A stretch of DNA of 25,946 nt, taken from NCBI GenBank assembly GCA_963976765.1, contig CAXBME010000034.1:62001-87946 (forward strand), written 5' to 3'. A program made the position numbers and the translations under genes. This DNA is from an uncultured Planctomycetaceae bacterium (GTDB lineage: Bacteria; Planctomycetota; Planctomycetia; Planctomycetales; Planctomycetaceae). Shown one piece after another: positions 17,909 through 25,946 of this stretch (positions are counted from its first letter, which is position 1; each line of letters opens with the position of its first letter). The notes beneath the pieces were generated by a model. The model was not told the DNA's origin. It saw nothing but the letters and a program-made list of their open reading frames with translations, and did no database searches.

Positions 17909-17936
17909 AATGTAGTGTCTGCGGTCTGACGGTCAA
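17909..17936 (-). promoter_or_regulatory. Putative sigma70 promoter giving a leaderless transcript
   Basis: The minus strand reads TTGACC-N16-TACATT-N6-ATG(17902), with no SD sequence. Confidence 0.6.
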
Positions 17937-18101
17937 GCGGCGAGAATTGTCGAAGGAAGCGATTCCAGGGAGAAGTGCGCCTGAAGTTCTGAAGAGTCGA
18001 TCGAATGAGTTGCGGTGTGAGTCAAAGACCTGTTGACATGAGGCCGTCGTCCGTGCGGTTGCCCGCAGGTCGCTGTCGATCCGGCCTTGCCATACCTATA
18101 C

Positions 18102-18139
18102 AAAAAACTCCTCGCCAACCTGGACTGGCGAGGAGCTTT
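18102..18139 (-). terminator. Intrinsic terminator of the porin / Cys-rich protein unit
   Basis: The minus strand reads GCTCCTCGCCAG-TCCAGG-TTGGCGAGGAG followed by TTTTTT. Confidence 0.85.
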
Positions 18140-18292
18140 GTTCGCAAGGATTTGCTGCATCAATTCTCGCAGGAGACTCTTCAAAGGTGGGCGTCTCAGG
18201 CTCGGACTGTAGCGCCTCGTCGTTGCCGAAGACGTGTCTCGGGCCGCACCACTGATCGCAGTGGTGCGGTGCCGAGCGGTTCAACGTTCAGA

Positions 18293-18913
18293 CTACCGGC
18301 GCGGGAAGATGCCGCGTAGAGCAGCTTCTGGTGGTGCCGGAGCAACAGCCGGTGGTGCTTCCTGTGGAGGAGCAGCCGGAGCTGAAGCTTTCGGGGCAAC
18401 ACCTGGAGCAGCACAAGCTGGCTTGCAGCCGGCTCCACCACAAACGTCGCTGCTGCAGGTTTCCCAAGTGCAGACGCACTTTTCGCCGATCTTCTTTGAA
18501 GACTTCTTCGGCGACTTGACGCACTTGCTGGTGGCGCAGTTGCTCATGCCAAGTGCGGCTCGCAGGCCGGACAACAGTCCGCCGGATCCGCATCCGTTGC
18601 CGCAGCCAGCTCCGCATCGACCGGCTGGAGTGCAGGCACCGCCCGCCGCACATTTGCCATCCGCTCCGCAGTTGTTTCCACAGACTCCGTCACAGGGGCT
18701 GGATTCCCACGGAAAACGAGTCGGCGGAATGCAGATCGTTTTCGTTTCGATGTTGTAGCAGGTTGCTATGATATCGACTTTTTTGACAACCGGTTTGCAC
18801 GCGGGCATGCAGTTTCGATCGGGGCTGCAGCCCGCAGGCTTGCAACAATGGTCGGCCATCGCGACCGACGACATGGTTATGCTGAACAGAGCCAGCGTCG
18901 CTAATGTTTTCAT
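18293..18913 (-). CDS. Secreted Cys-rich planctomycete protein (206 aa, 23 Cys) with Ala/Pro-rich tail
   Basis: GGAG RBS, signal peptide MKTLATLALFSITMSSVAMA, CY..E.K.ICIP..RFPW and KCVCTW segments flanking Gly/Cys repeats. Confidence 0.85.
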   Translation of the reverse strand: MKTLATLALFSITMSSVAMADHCCKPAGCSPDRNCMPACKPVVKKVDIIATCYNIETKTICIPPTRFPWESSPCDGVCGNNCGADGKCAAGGACTPAGRCGAGCGNGCGSGGLLSGLRAALGMSNCATSKCVKSPKKSSKKIGEKCVCTWETCSSDVCGGAGCKPACAAPGVAPKASAPAAPPQEAPPAVAPAPPEAALRGIFPRR

Positions 18914-19073
18914 CGGGATTTCTCCACGAGTAGTGATGAATGGAAGAATTGATTGAGACATCATTCCCGCAGCGGCGGGAAGCCTGGATGTTTAGTTGAT
19001 AGTGGCTGCCCGTCTTTGCGGGCATGACGTTTCAAAGAATGAGAAGTCAGCATTGGCTCAACCGAGAAGTCGA

Positions 19074-20642
19074 TCAGAAGTCGACCATGAAGCGAGCACC
19101 GAGGATGTTGTAGTCAGCGTCGTTACCTGGTCGAACCTGGTTGCCGACAATGTTTCCGTTGATGTAGTTGAGCTGAAGCCTGGCGTTCGGGTTCCAGTGC
19201 CAGTTGACACCAAGCGTGAAGCTTTCGCCCACTCCACCCTGAATGTTTTCGTCGCTGAAGTCGGCGTATGACCATCGAGCTGCGAGCTGCAACGCTCCCC
19301 AGCCACCATCGGTGCAGCCATCGCAAGTGTTGACCAGGAAGAAGTTCTGGAATGGTTTGACGCGACCGAGCTGTCCGGTTTCGCGATCCCATGGGATGTG
19401 TTCACCAGTCAGGAAGTACGAGACGTAACCGTAAGCACCCCAGTTGTAGAGGTCCGGGTTAGCTCCGGTACGCTGTACCCATGCCTGTTGAAGTTCACCG
19501 ACGACCTGCATTGGACCAAAGTTGGCAACACTTTCCAGACCGAGCTGGTAGATTTTGTCAGCTCCGGCAATTCGACCAGTGTCGATCCAGTCACGCGAGC
19601 TGCGAGCTTCCGGGCGAGTGTCGAACGTTGCTTGGTTTCCGCCAGCGGCACTGCCGTCGCCATCCGGGAAGCCCAGCATTCCGGACACGGCCCAGTGAAT
19701 GTAGCTGCGGCCGTCTGTGCATTCGTCGTACCACGCGGTGTTGGCGAGTCGTGCTGCCAACTGTGGCTGGTAGTTGTCGCCACGATAACCCTGGTCGTCC
19801 TGGGTGAGTTCCATCTGATAAATACCGGCACGCCAGTTCCACGCCAGGTCGTCCGACTTGCCGTAAGAAGCGATACCCAGACGTCGAGCGTCCTGGTTCA
19901 TCGCTTCGACGGTCATTGGGCGTTCCATGAACACGTTGTAGCGCGAGCTGTTGATATGATCGAGACCGAATGGTCGCTTCTGGTTACCGATCAACAGAGT
20001 CTGCAACCAGGGCAGGTCTTTGAAGCCGATGTAGACGTCTCGGTATTGAGTGTCGTTCGGATCAGCGAACTCCATCTCAATCTTGTACAGCATGTTGTCC
20101 TTGATATCGCCTGCAACGCCAAAGCGTACACGACGCCATTCAAAGCGGTCCTGGGGGCTGACGCCTGGAGTTCCTTCAAGGCCAGCGGCATCGTCGCTGT
20201 CGGGGAAGGCCCACCAGTCGGCGTGAATTCGACCGGAGATCTTCATCGTGGTGTTTGAAGAACCGTCTTTGATGAAGCCGTCTTTCAGCTGCTTCGCGAT
20301 GTCGCTTTGAGCGGCATCCATTTCGACCCAGTTGGACTCAAGTTTTTCAAGACGCTTGAAGATCGGATCTTCGGGGTCCACCGGAGCTGATACTCGGCGG
20401 AAAACAGGTTGTCCGTTAGAGCCGGCAGCGACGGACGCAGGTACGTCGAACTCCTGAGACGCGGCTGGCGCCTTGGGTGCCTGTTCGAGTTCTTTGATTT
20501 TCTTCTCGGCAGCTTCCAGGCGTTCGATCAGGGCACTGAGATCCTCGGATTTCACAGTGACCTCTTCGGCCAGTGCAGATCCAGCGGCTCCCAGACCGAC
20601 GACCGTCGCCAGAGCGGCCGATGCCAGTCGTTTAAAGAGCAT
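19074..20642 (-). CDS. OprO/OprP family anion-selective outer-membrane porin
   Basis: AAGGAA RBS before ATG 20642, signal peptide, N-terminal coiled coil, RRVRFGVAG, GNQKRPFGL..SSRY..FMERP, YFLTGE, TLGVNWHWNPNARLQLNY and a C-terminal Phe. Confidence 0.92.
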   Translation of the reverse strand: MLFKRLASAALATVVGLGAAGSALAEEVTVKSEDLSALIERLEAAEKKIKELEQAPKAPAASQEFDVPASVAAGSNGQPVFRRVSAPVDPEDPIFKRLEKLESNWVEMDAAQSDIAKQLKDGFIKDGSSNTTMKISGRIHADWWAFPDSDDAAGLEGTPGVSPQDRFEWRRVRFGVAGDIKDNMLYKIEMEFADPNDTQYRDVYIGFKDLPWLQTLLIGNQKRPFGLDHINSSRYNVFMERPMTVEAMNQDARRLGIASYGKSDDLAWNWRAGIYQMELTQDDQGYRGDNYQPQLAARLANTAWYDECTDGRSYIHWAVSGMLGFPDGDGSAAGGNQATFDTRPEARSSRDWIDTGRIAGADKIYQLGLESVANFGPMQVVGELQQAWVQRTGANPDLYNWGAYGYVSYFLTGEHIPWDRETGQLGRVKPFQNFFLVNTCDGCTDGGWGALQLAARWSYADFSDENIQGGVGESFTLGVNWHWNPNARLQLNYINGNIVGNQVRPGNDADYNILGARFMVDF

Positions 20643-21194
20643 TCTGTCGTTCCTTCTGAATGAGCGCGTTCGCGCGGTCCTTGCGATCCTGATGCTGGAC
20701 CGCTCTTTAACACCGTTGCCCCTCAAATCGTCATGATCGCGTTCTCAGGAATGTTAAGATTGCATGTGCAGCGTGGATGGACGGCATCACCTCGCACCGG
20801 AGTTCTAATTAGGAAAGATGTAGCAGTCGCCCGGCCGTCGCTCGTTCGCACGACCGGCAATCTGTGAAAGGATTCCGGCAACTTCGGGGTTTGATACCCA
20901 AAGGGCTGGCTGATTGAGTTTGACGGTCAGGCAAACTCTGGCGGCAAAAGCTGATCGAAGGCCGCACCGGGATTTCGTGACAGGCGGCGGATCCGCTCAG
21001 ACCAGCATGCATTGCCTGGGGCGGATCGGAACGCTGGTTGTCACGGAGAATTCACGTACTGGCGTTTTGTGCTGGTAAACCGACACTTTCCGCGAACTCA
21101 TTTCTCGCTGCCCTGTGCATAACATGTCCGTTGCGTTCATTGTGCGTTTTTGCGGCAAAATTCAGTCGCAACGAAGCACCGAAATCGGTTCCGG

Positions 21195-24100
21195 TCATGC
21201 TCCAGAGGTCACGGCAACTGGCCGTTTCACCATTGCGTAAACGCACGGCACGACGAACAAAGTGAGGATGGTCGAAGCGACCATTCCGCCGATCACCGCT
21301 CGGGCGAGCGGGATCATCGCTTCTCCGCCGGGAGCCAGATGCACGGCCAGAGGAGCCATCGACGCGACCAGCGTCAGGGATGTCATCAGGATCGGTCGCA
21401 ATCGGATCTCGGCAGACTTGAGGGCCGCGTCTCGTGGGGACATGCCCTGTGAGAGGAGCTGGTTGGCGAATTCGACCAGCAGGATTGAGTTGTTCACAAC
21501 GACGCCGATCATCATCAGCGTTCCCATCAATGACTGAATGTTGAGAGTCGTCTGCGTCGCGTAGAGCATGCCCAGCACGCCGGCCAGCCCGAGCGGAACC
21601 GCCAGGATAATGATCAGCGGGTCAATGAACGATTTGAACTGCGCGAGCATCACCAGATAGACGAGAATGGCCGCGACGATCAGGCCCGTCCCCAGCATCT
21701 GCATGCCTTCTTTCATCGTTGCCACAGGGCCTCGCACGGTGACTGTGACGCCGTTTTCAAATTCGATGCCAGACAGAACTCGTTCCACATCAGCGGCGAC
21801 GCCGCCGACATCGCGACCGTCAACATTGACATAAACATCATTTACTCGGGCGATGTTGTAATGAGCGATTTCTCCAGGAATGTTCACTCGGCGAACGGTC
21901 GCAATGTTCGAAAGAGGAATCGTGACCGGCCCGTCTTTCGTATTCAGTGAGAGCGGGATGTTGCGGATTTCGTCCAGCGTTTCAATTTCGTTGGATTCGT
22001 ACTGCACACCGATGAAGAAGTCGACTCCGGTTGCGGGGTCGACCCAGATAGTCGGTGCAAAGCCCACGCTGGACCCAAGACACGTCAGGATCGTCTGAGC
22101 GACTTCCTCCTGATCAAGGCCCAGATACTTCGCTCGAACGCGATCCACCTGAATATCGAGCTGCGGGTAGTCCAGTGACTGAGCGATCTGCACGTCCGAT
22201 GCACCGTGGATGGGAGTCAGTTTTTCCACCAGCATCTCGGCGACTTCACGGCACTTTTCGACCGTGCCGGCAGAAACCTGGACATTGATCGGCGAGGGGA
22301 CACCTTCGTTCAGGGCCATGTTGACCAGGCTGCCGTTTACGAACAGAAACTGATCCTCTGGATATTCATCATGCAGTTTTGCGCGGAGCCGACGAACGTA
22401 CTCGGCACTGCTGACCGATCGGCCTTCGGAATTCAGGTTGACGATCAGGTAAGCGGTGTCGGGGCCGGAATTCGAACTGAGAATGGTCGAGAATCCCGCA
22501 CCCTTGCCGACCGGCAGGCCGATGTTTGAGATGATCGTCTTGATGTGTTCTTTTCCGATGACTTCCTGAATGGTGCTTTCGATTCTGGCGACGAGAGCTT
22601 CCGTTTCTTCCAGACGTGTGCCGGGGCGGGTCTTCAGTCGCAGCTCGAACGTTCCCGCATCGACCTGAGGAAACAGCTCGCTGCCGATCCCCGGTAACAG
22701 GAGTGTTGAACCCGCGACAAGTACGACAGACGCCAGCACAATCAGAGGCCGTATGGCCAACGCCGAGTTAAGTAGGCGGCCGTAAAAAGTTGATGGCTTG
22801 TTATCGGTGATTGATGAGCTGTCGTTGTCTTCAACATTCGACGATCGGCCACCAACTTTCGCCCTGATAAATCGTGCGCAGAAGGCCGGCACGACGGTCA
22901 TTGCCACGAAGTAACTGGCCCCGATGGTAAACGTGGCGGCAACCGACAGTGGTTCGAAGAGGTAACGAATCATTCCGCTGAGGAAGATGGCTGGGATGAA
23001 GACGGCCAGCGTTGTGATTGTGCCGGCAAGAATTGGAGTTGCGACTTCGGCCGCGCCGTCGCGAGCGGCGTCTGGACGCGACTTGCCCATCTGCATGTGC
23101 CGAATCACGTTTTCAACCACAACGATTCCAGCGTCGACAACCGTTCCGATCGCCAGGGCGATGCCGCCGAGCGTCATGACGTTGACGGTGTTGCCGGTGA
23201 AGCAGAACCCAAGCCCACCGATCAACATGGAAAGCACGATTGTTCCCGTAATTGCCACGGTTGGCAGCAACTGCCTGAGAAACACAAAGACGACCAGAGC
23301 AACAAGAATTGCTCCCAGGGCGACCTCATACAGAAGGTTCTGCATGGCGTTGCGAATGTAGCTTGACTGATCATTGACGAGCGTCACATTCGCCGCTTCC
23401 GGCACCTGACCGAGCGCCTTCATTTTCGGGATTTCCGAAGCAATGCCTTCATAGATCCGGTCAACGACATCGATCGTGTTTTCGCCGGGCTCACGCAGCA
23501 GCGGACAGTAAACGCTGCGTTCTCCGTTGACGCGAACGATGTTGTACTGAATGGCGGAATCGATCTTCGCGTAGCCAACATCACGGATGAAAATCATGTT
23601 TCCGTTGCGTTCGGCGATCGGGATGTCGTCAATGTCGTCGGTTGTGGGCAATGTATTGAGCGGATGGAGCTGGTATTCAGTGTCGTCGAGTTTCGCCGTT
23701 CCGGAAGCCAGCACGAGATTCGACTTTCGCAGTGCGTGGACAACGTCGCGGGCGCTGAGCGAGTACGCTCGCAGCTTGATCGGGTCGACGTAGACCATCA
23801 TCTGCTTGAACTTGCCGCCGAACGGGTGCGGAATCTGGACACCCTTCAGGCCACCCATGCGGTTTCGCACCGCGTAATACCCGATCGAGTAAAGCTCAAT
23901 TTCGCTCAGCCCCTCGCCGCTGATCGCTGCCAGAACGACCGGCATGTTGGCGGGCTCGCTGCGCAGCGTGAACGGCCATTCAATGCCCGGCGGCAGATGA
24001 AACATGTCGCTGGCTTCCAGATTGACGATGTCGTTCATCGCCGAGCTGGGATTGGTTCCCGGCTGGAAGAAGACCTTGATCACTGCTGCGCCGGGAACGG

Positions 24101-24350
24101 TTCGCGATTCCTGATGCTCGATCCGTCCGGCCAGAGTCAGTGCACGTTCCACTCGTGACGAAACGCTCTTCTCCATATCCAACGTTGGCAAACCCGGATA
24201 CGAGAAGAAACTGACAATCACCGGCTTTTGAAAGTCGGGAAGAATGTCGATAGGCGTCGCCGGGATAATGGCCCCTCCCAGCAGACACAGCCCGATAGAC
24301 ATAGCCAGAATGGCGAAAGGGTTTCGTAAAGCAAACTTGATCAGGTGCAT
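21195..24350 (-). CDS. RND efflux transporter permease subunit (AcrB/CusA superfamily)
   Basis: About 1051 aa from ATG 24350, with N.MTLGGIALAIGTVVDAGIVVVENV, FPQVDAG, GVVVNNSILLVEF and RLRPILMT. Confidence 0.95.
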   Translation of the reverse strand: MHLIKFALRNPFAILAMSIGLCLLGGAIIPATPIDILPDFQKPVIVSFFSYPGLPTLDMEKSVSSRVERALTLAGRIEHQESRTVPGAAVIKVFFQPGTNPSSAMNDIVNLEASDMFHLPPGIEWPFTLRSEPANMPVVLAAISGEGLSEIELYSIGYYAVRNRMGGLKGVQIPHPFGGKFKQMMVYVDPIKLRAYSLSARDVVHALRKSNLVLASGTAKLDDTEYQLHPLNTLPTTDDIDDIPIAERNGNMIFIRDVGYAKIDSAIQYNIVRVNGERSVYCPLLREPGENTIDVVDRIYEGIASEIPKMKALGQVPEAANVTLVNDQSSYIRNAMQNLLYEVALGAILVALVVFVFLRQLLPTVAITGTIVLSMLIGGLGFCFTGNTVNVMTLGGIALAIGTVVDAGIVVVENVIRHMQMGKSRPDAARDGAAEVATPILAGTITTLAVFIPAIFLSGMIRYLFEPLSVAATFTIGASYFVAMTVVPAFCARFIRAKVGGRSSNVEDNDSSSITDNKPSTFYGRLLNSALAIRPLIVLASVVLVAGSTLLLPGIGSELFPQVDAGTFELRLKTRPGTRLEETEALVARIESTIQEVIGKEHIKTIISNIGLPVGKGAGFSTILSSNSGPDTAYLIVNLNSEGRSVSSAEYVRRLRAKLHDEYPEDQFLFVNGSLVNMALNEGVPSPINVQVSAGTVEKCREVAEMLVEKLTPIHGASDVQIAQSLDYPQLDIQVDRVRAKYLGLDQEEVAQTILTCLGSSVGFAPTIWVDPATGVDFFIGVQYESNEIETLDEIRNIPLSLNTKDGPVTIPLSNIATVRRVNIPGEIAHYNIARVNDVYVNVDGRDVGGVAADVERVLSGIEFENGVTVTVRGPVATMKEGMQMLGTGLIVAAILVYLVMLAQFKSFIDPLIIILAVPLGLAGVLGMLYATQTTLNIQSLMGTLMMIGVVVNNSILLVEFANQLLSQGMSPRDAALKSAEIRLRPILMTSLTLVASMAPLAVHLAPGGEAMIPLARAVIGGMVASTILTLFVVPCVYAMVKRPVAVTSGA

Positions 24351-24460
24351 GTCGTCGCGCCAGCTTCTGAAAGGGCGTAGTGAGGAAGGTCGCAAACAGC
24401 CGCGTCGTTTGACGATCAGGTCGAGCGGGCAGTGGTCCGCTTCGGTCAGATCGTCAGGAG

Positions 24461-25801
24461 TCAGCTTCCTTCGACTCGGACTTTCTGGCCGTCCTTGAAG
24501 TGGCCAATTCTACCGGCGGCGATTTTTGCGGTTTCGTCGATGCCGCTGAGAATCTGTATCTGCCTGCCGTCGTCATGGCCCGTGACGACGGGCACTACTC
24601 GCACGGCTCCGTTCTCGACAACGTACACGCTGCTGTTGCCGGTCGTATCGAACTGGACGGCGGTCGCTGCGATGACCAGCGCATCGGGAGTTTGCTGAAG
24701 CGTGACCGTGGCTTCTCCGTACATGCCGGGGATCAGCAGCCCTTCGGTATTGTCCATGTCGACTTCGACCAGCATCGTGCGAGTACTCTCGTCCAGCCTT
24801 CTGGATATGCGACTGATCCTGCCTTCGAATTTCCGATCCGGCAGCGAACGCAGCTTCAGAGAAACTGCATTTTCGACTCGAGTCAGCGTGGCTTCCATTT
24901 CCGGGATCGCGATGCGAAGTCGAATTCGGTCGACCTGAGCGATCTCGAAGAGCGGCTCGCGCGAAGACTCAGAGGCGTCCTGGATGTTTCGAACGAGATC
25001 GCCAGGATCGACGTGCCGTCGCGTGACGACGCCCTTGAACGGAGCCTTCAGCACCGCGTACTGCATCATGGCTGCCAGTTCTTCCAGCTCTTTGCGGACG
25101 ACGTCTGTCTGAGCGGCAGCGGCTTTCACGGCGGCTTCGGCGACGGCTGCTTTCTCACGTGCCACGGTCACGTCAGCGACTGCCGATTGAAGAGCGGCCT
25201 GGACCGCCGCCTTCGCAGAAGTGGATGCTTCGAGCTTCTGCCGTGCTTCGTCCAGGAGTCGTCCGGCGACGGCTTTCTGCTCGACCAGCTGAGTCACTCG
25301 ATTGAATTCCGAGGTGTCTGCATTCAGCTGAGCGTCGGTTTGCGCGACTTCGGCGGCCGCTTGCGATTGCTGAGCCTGCGCTGCCTGAACGTCAGCTTGA
25401 GCGAGTTTGACTCCTGCGGCGGCACTTTCCTGTTCAGCCTCAAGGCTTCGGATTTCAGCCTGTTTCCGCTCGTAGGAAATCTGCATTTCCGGCACGCTGA
25501 TGACGCCCAGGATGTCGCCTTTTTCAACGGTCTGTCCGATGTCGACTTTCAGCTCAGACAGGTAGCCGGCAACTTTGGCGTGGATCTCCGCCTGGTGGTA
25601 GGCGTGAATCGTCGCCGGCTGAGTGGTCGTCCGTTCGATGGTTGTCCGCTCCGCCGCAACCAGGCGAACTGTCGGCGTGTTGTCGACAGTGCTCTCGGCC
25701 CGGACGGGGGACTCGGCGCGATTGCAACCGCTGAGTGAGAACGAAAATCCCGTGGCAGCGAGCAGTCCCGCAAAACAAATCAGTCGGTCACATTTCCGCA
25801 T
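24461..25801 (-). CDS. RND periplasmic adaptor (membrane fusion) lipoprotein
   Basis: Lipobox-like SLSGC, lipoyl-like halves AKVAGYL..VDIGQ.V.KGD and LKAPFKGVVT..VDPGDLV, a long Ala/Gln/Glu helical hairpin, and TRTM.VE and PGMY. Confidence 0.94.
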   Translation of the reverse strand: MRKCDRLICFAGLLAATGFSFSLSGCNRAESPVRAESTVDNTPTVRLVAAERTTIERTTTQPATIHAYHQAEIHAKVAGYLSELKVDIGQTVEKGDILGVISVPEMQISYERKQAEIRSLEAEQESAAAGVKLAQADVQAAQAQQSQAAAEVAQTDAQLNADTSEFNRVTQLVEQKAVAGRLLDEARQKLEASTSAKAAVQAALQSAVADVTVAREKAAVAEAAVKAAAAQTDVVRKELEELAAMMQYAVLKAPFKGVVTRRHVDPGDLVRNIQDASESSREPLFEIAQVDRIRLRIAIPEMEATLTRVENAVSLKLRSLPDRKFEGRISRISRRLDESTRTMLVEVDMDNTEGLLIPGMYGEATVTLQQTPDALVIAATAVQFDTTGNSSVYVVENGAVRVVPVVTGHDDGRQIQILSGIDETAKIAAGRIGHFKDGQKVRVEGS

Positions 25802-25874
25802 GAGGGATGGCTCCGGGCAGTGGCGGCTGTCGATGCCGCGAAAAGAGGCAAAGTGCGAAGAGTTTAACGCCAGG

Positions 25875-25887
25875 CATTCAATGAATG
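25875..25887. promoter_or_regulatory. Palindromic candidate repressor operator upstream of the RND operon
   Basis: CATTCA-A-TGAATG is a perfect 6-1-6 palindrome about 75 nt upstream of the adaptor ATG. Confidence 0.35.
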
Positions 25888-25946
25888 TGCCGGCGGATAT
25901 TGTCCCACGCCGTGTAGAAAGTTCCGGTGACGGCGGGTTGATAGAT

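Noticed and set aside
20860..20960. Possible c-di-GMP riboswitch upstream of the porin
   Set aside because: Hairpins are present, but the conserved GCAAA...GAAA...GACGCAAAG core is missing on the coding strand.
25877..25893. Sigma54 promoter for the RND operon (minus strand CGGCAC-N5-TTGAA)
   Set aside because: The -12 element is GA rather than the near-invariant GC.

Overview
This window looks like chromosomal DNA from a Planctomycetota bacterium, inferred from the PSCyt/DUF1549/DUF1553-DUF1501 pair and the Cys-rich secreted protein. The left half is mostly + strand: the 3' part of a cysN-cysC fusion, a small - strand hypothetical gene, the PSD1/planctomycete cytochrome c and DUF1501 pair, an NAD-dependent epimerase, and an ispF-cysS-ruvC operon. 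A ~770-bp decayed IS701-like element with both terminal inverted repeats follows. The right half is mostly - strand: an RND adaptor and permease, an OprO/OprP-type porin with a 23-Cys secreted protein, a small apparently leaderless ORF, a SulP transporter, a convergent beta-carbonic anhydrase, a QEGLA/DUF1704 metallopeptidase and a stand-alone CBS protein. The best candidate for an undescribed system spans 14492-17936. There the SulP-STAS transporter carries a fused C-terminal SbtB-like PII domain and lies tail-to-tail with the carbonic anhydrase. Upstream of it sit a uORF (signal peptide, CxC, acidic tract, RGPP arrest-like motif) and a long C-rich spacer. All family assignments come from motif recognition by eye; no database searches were run.
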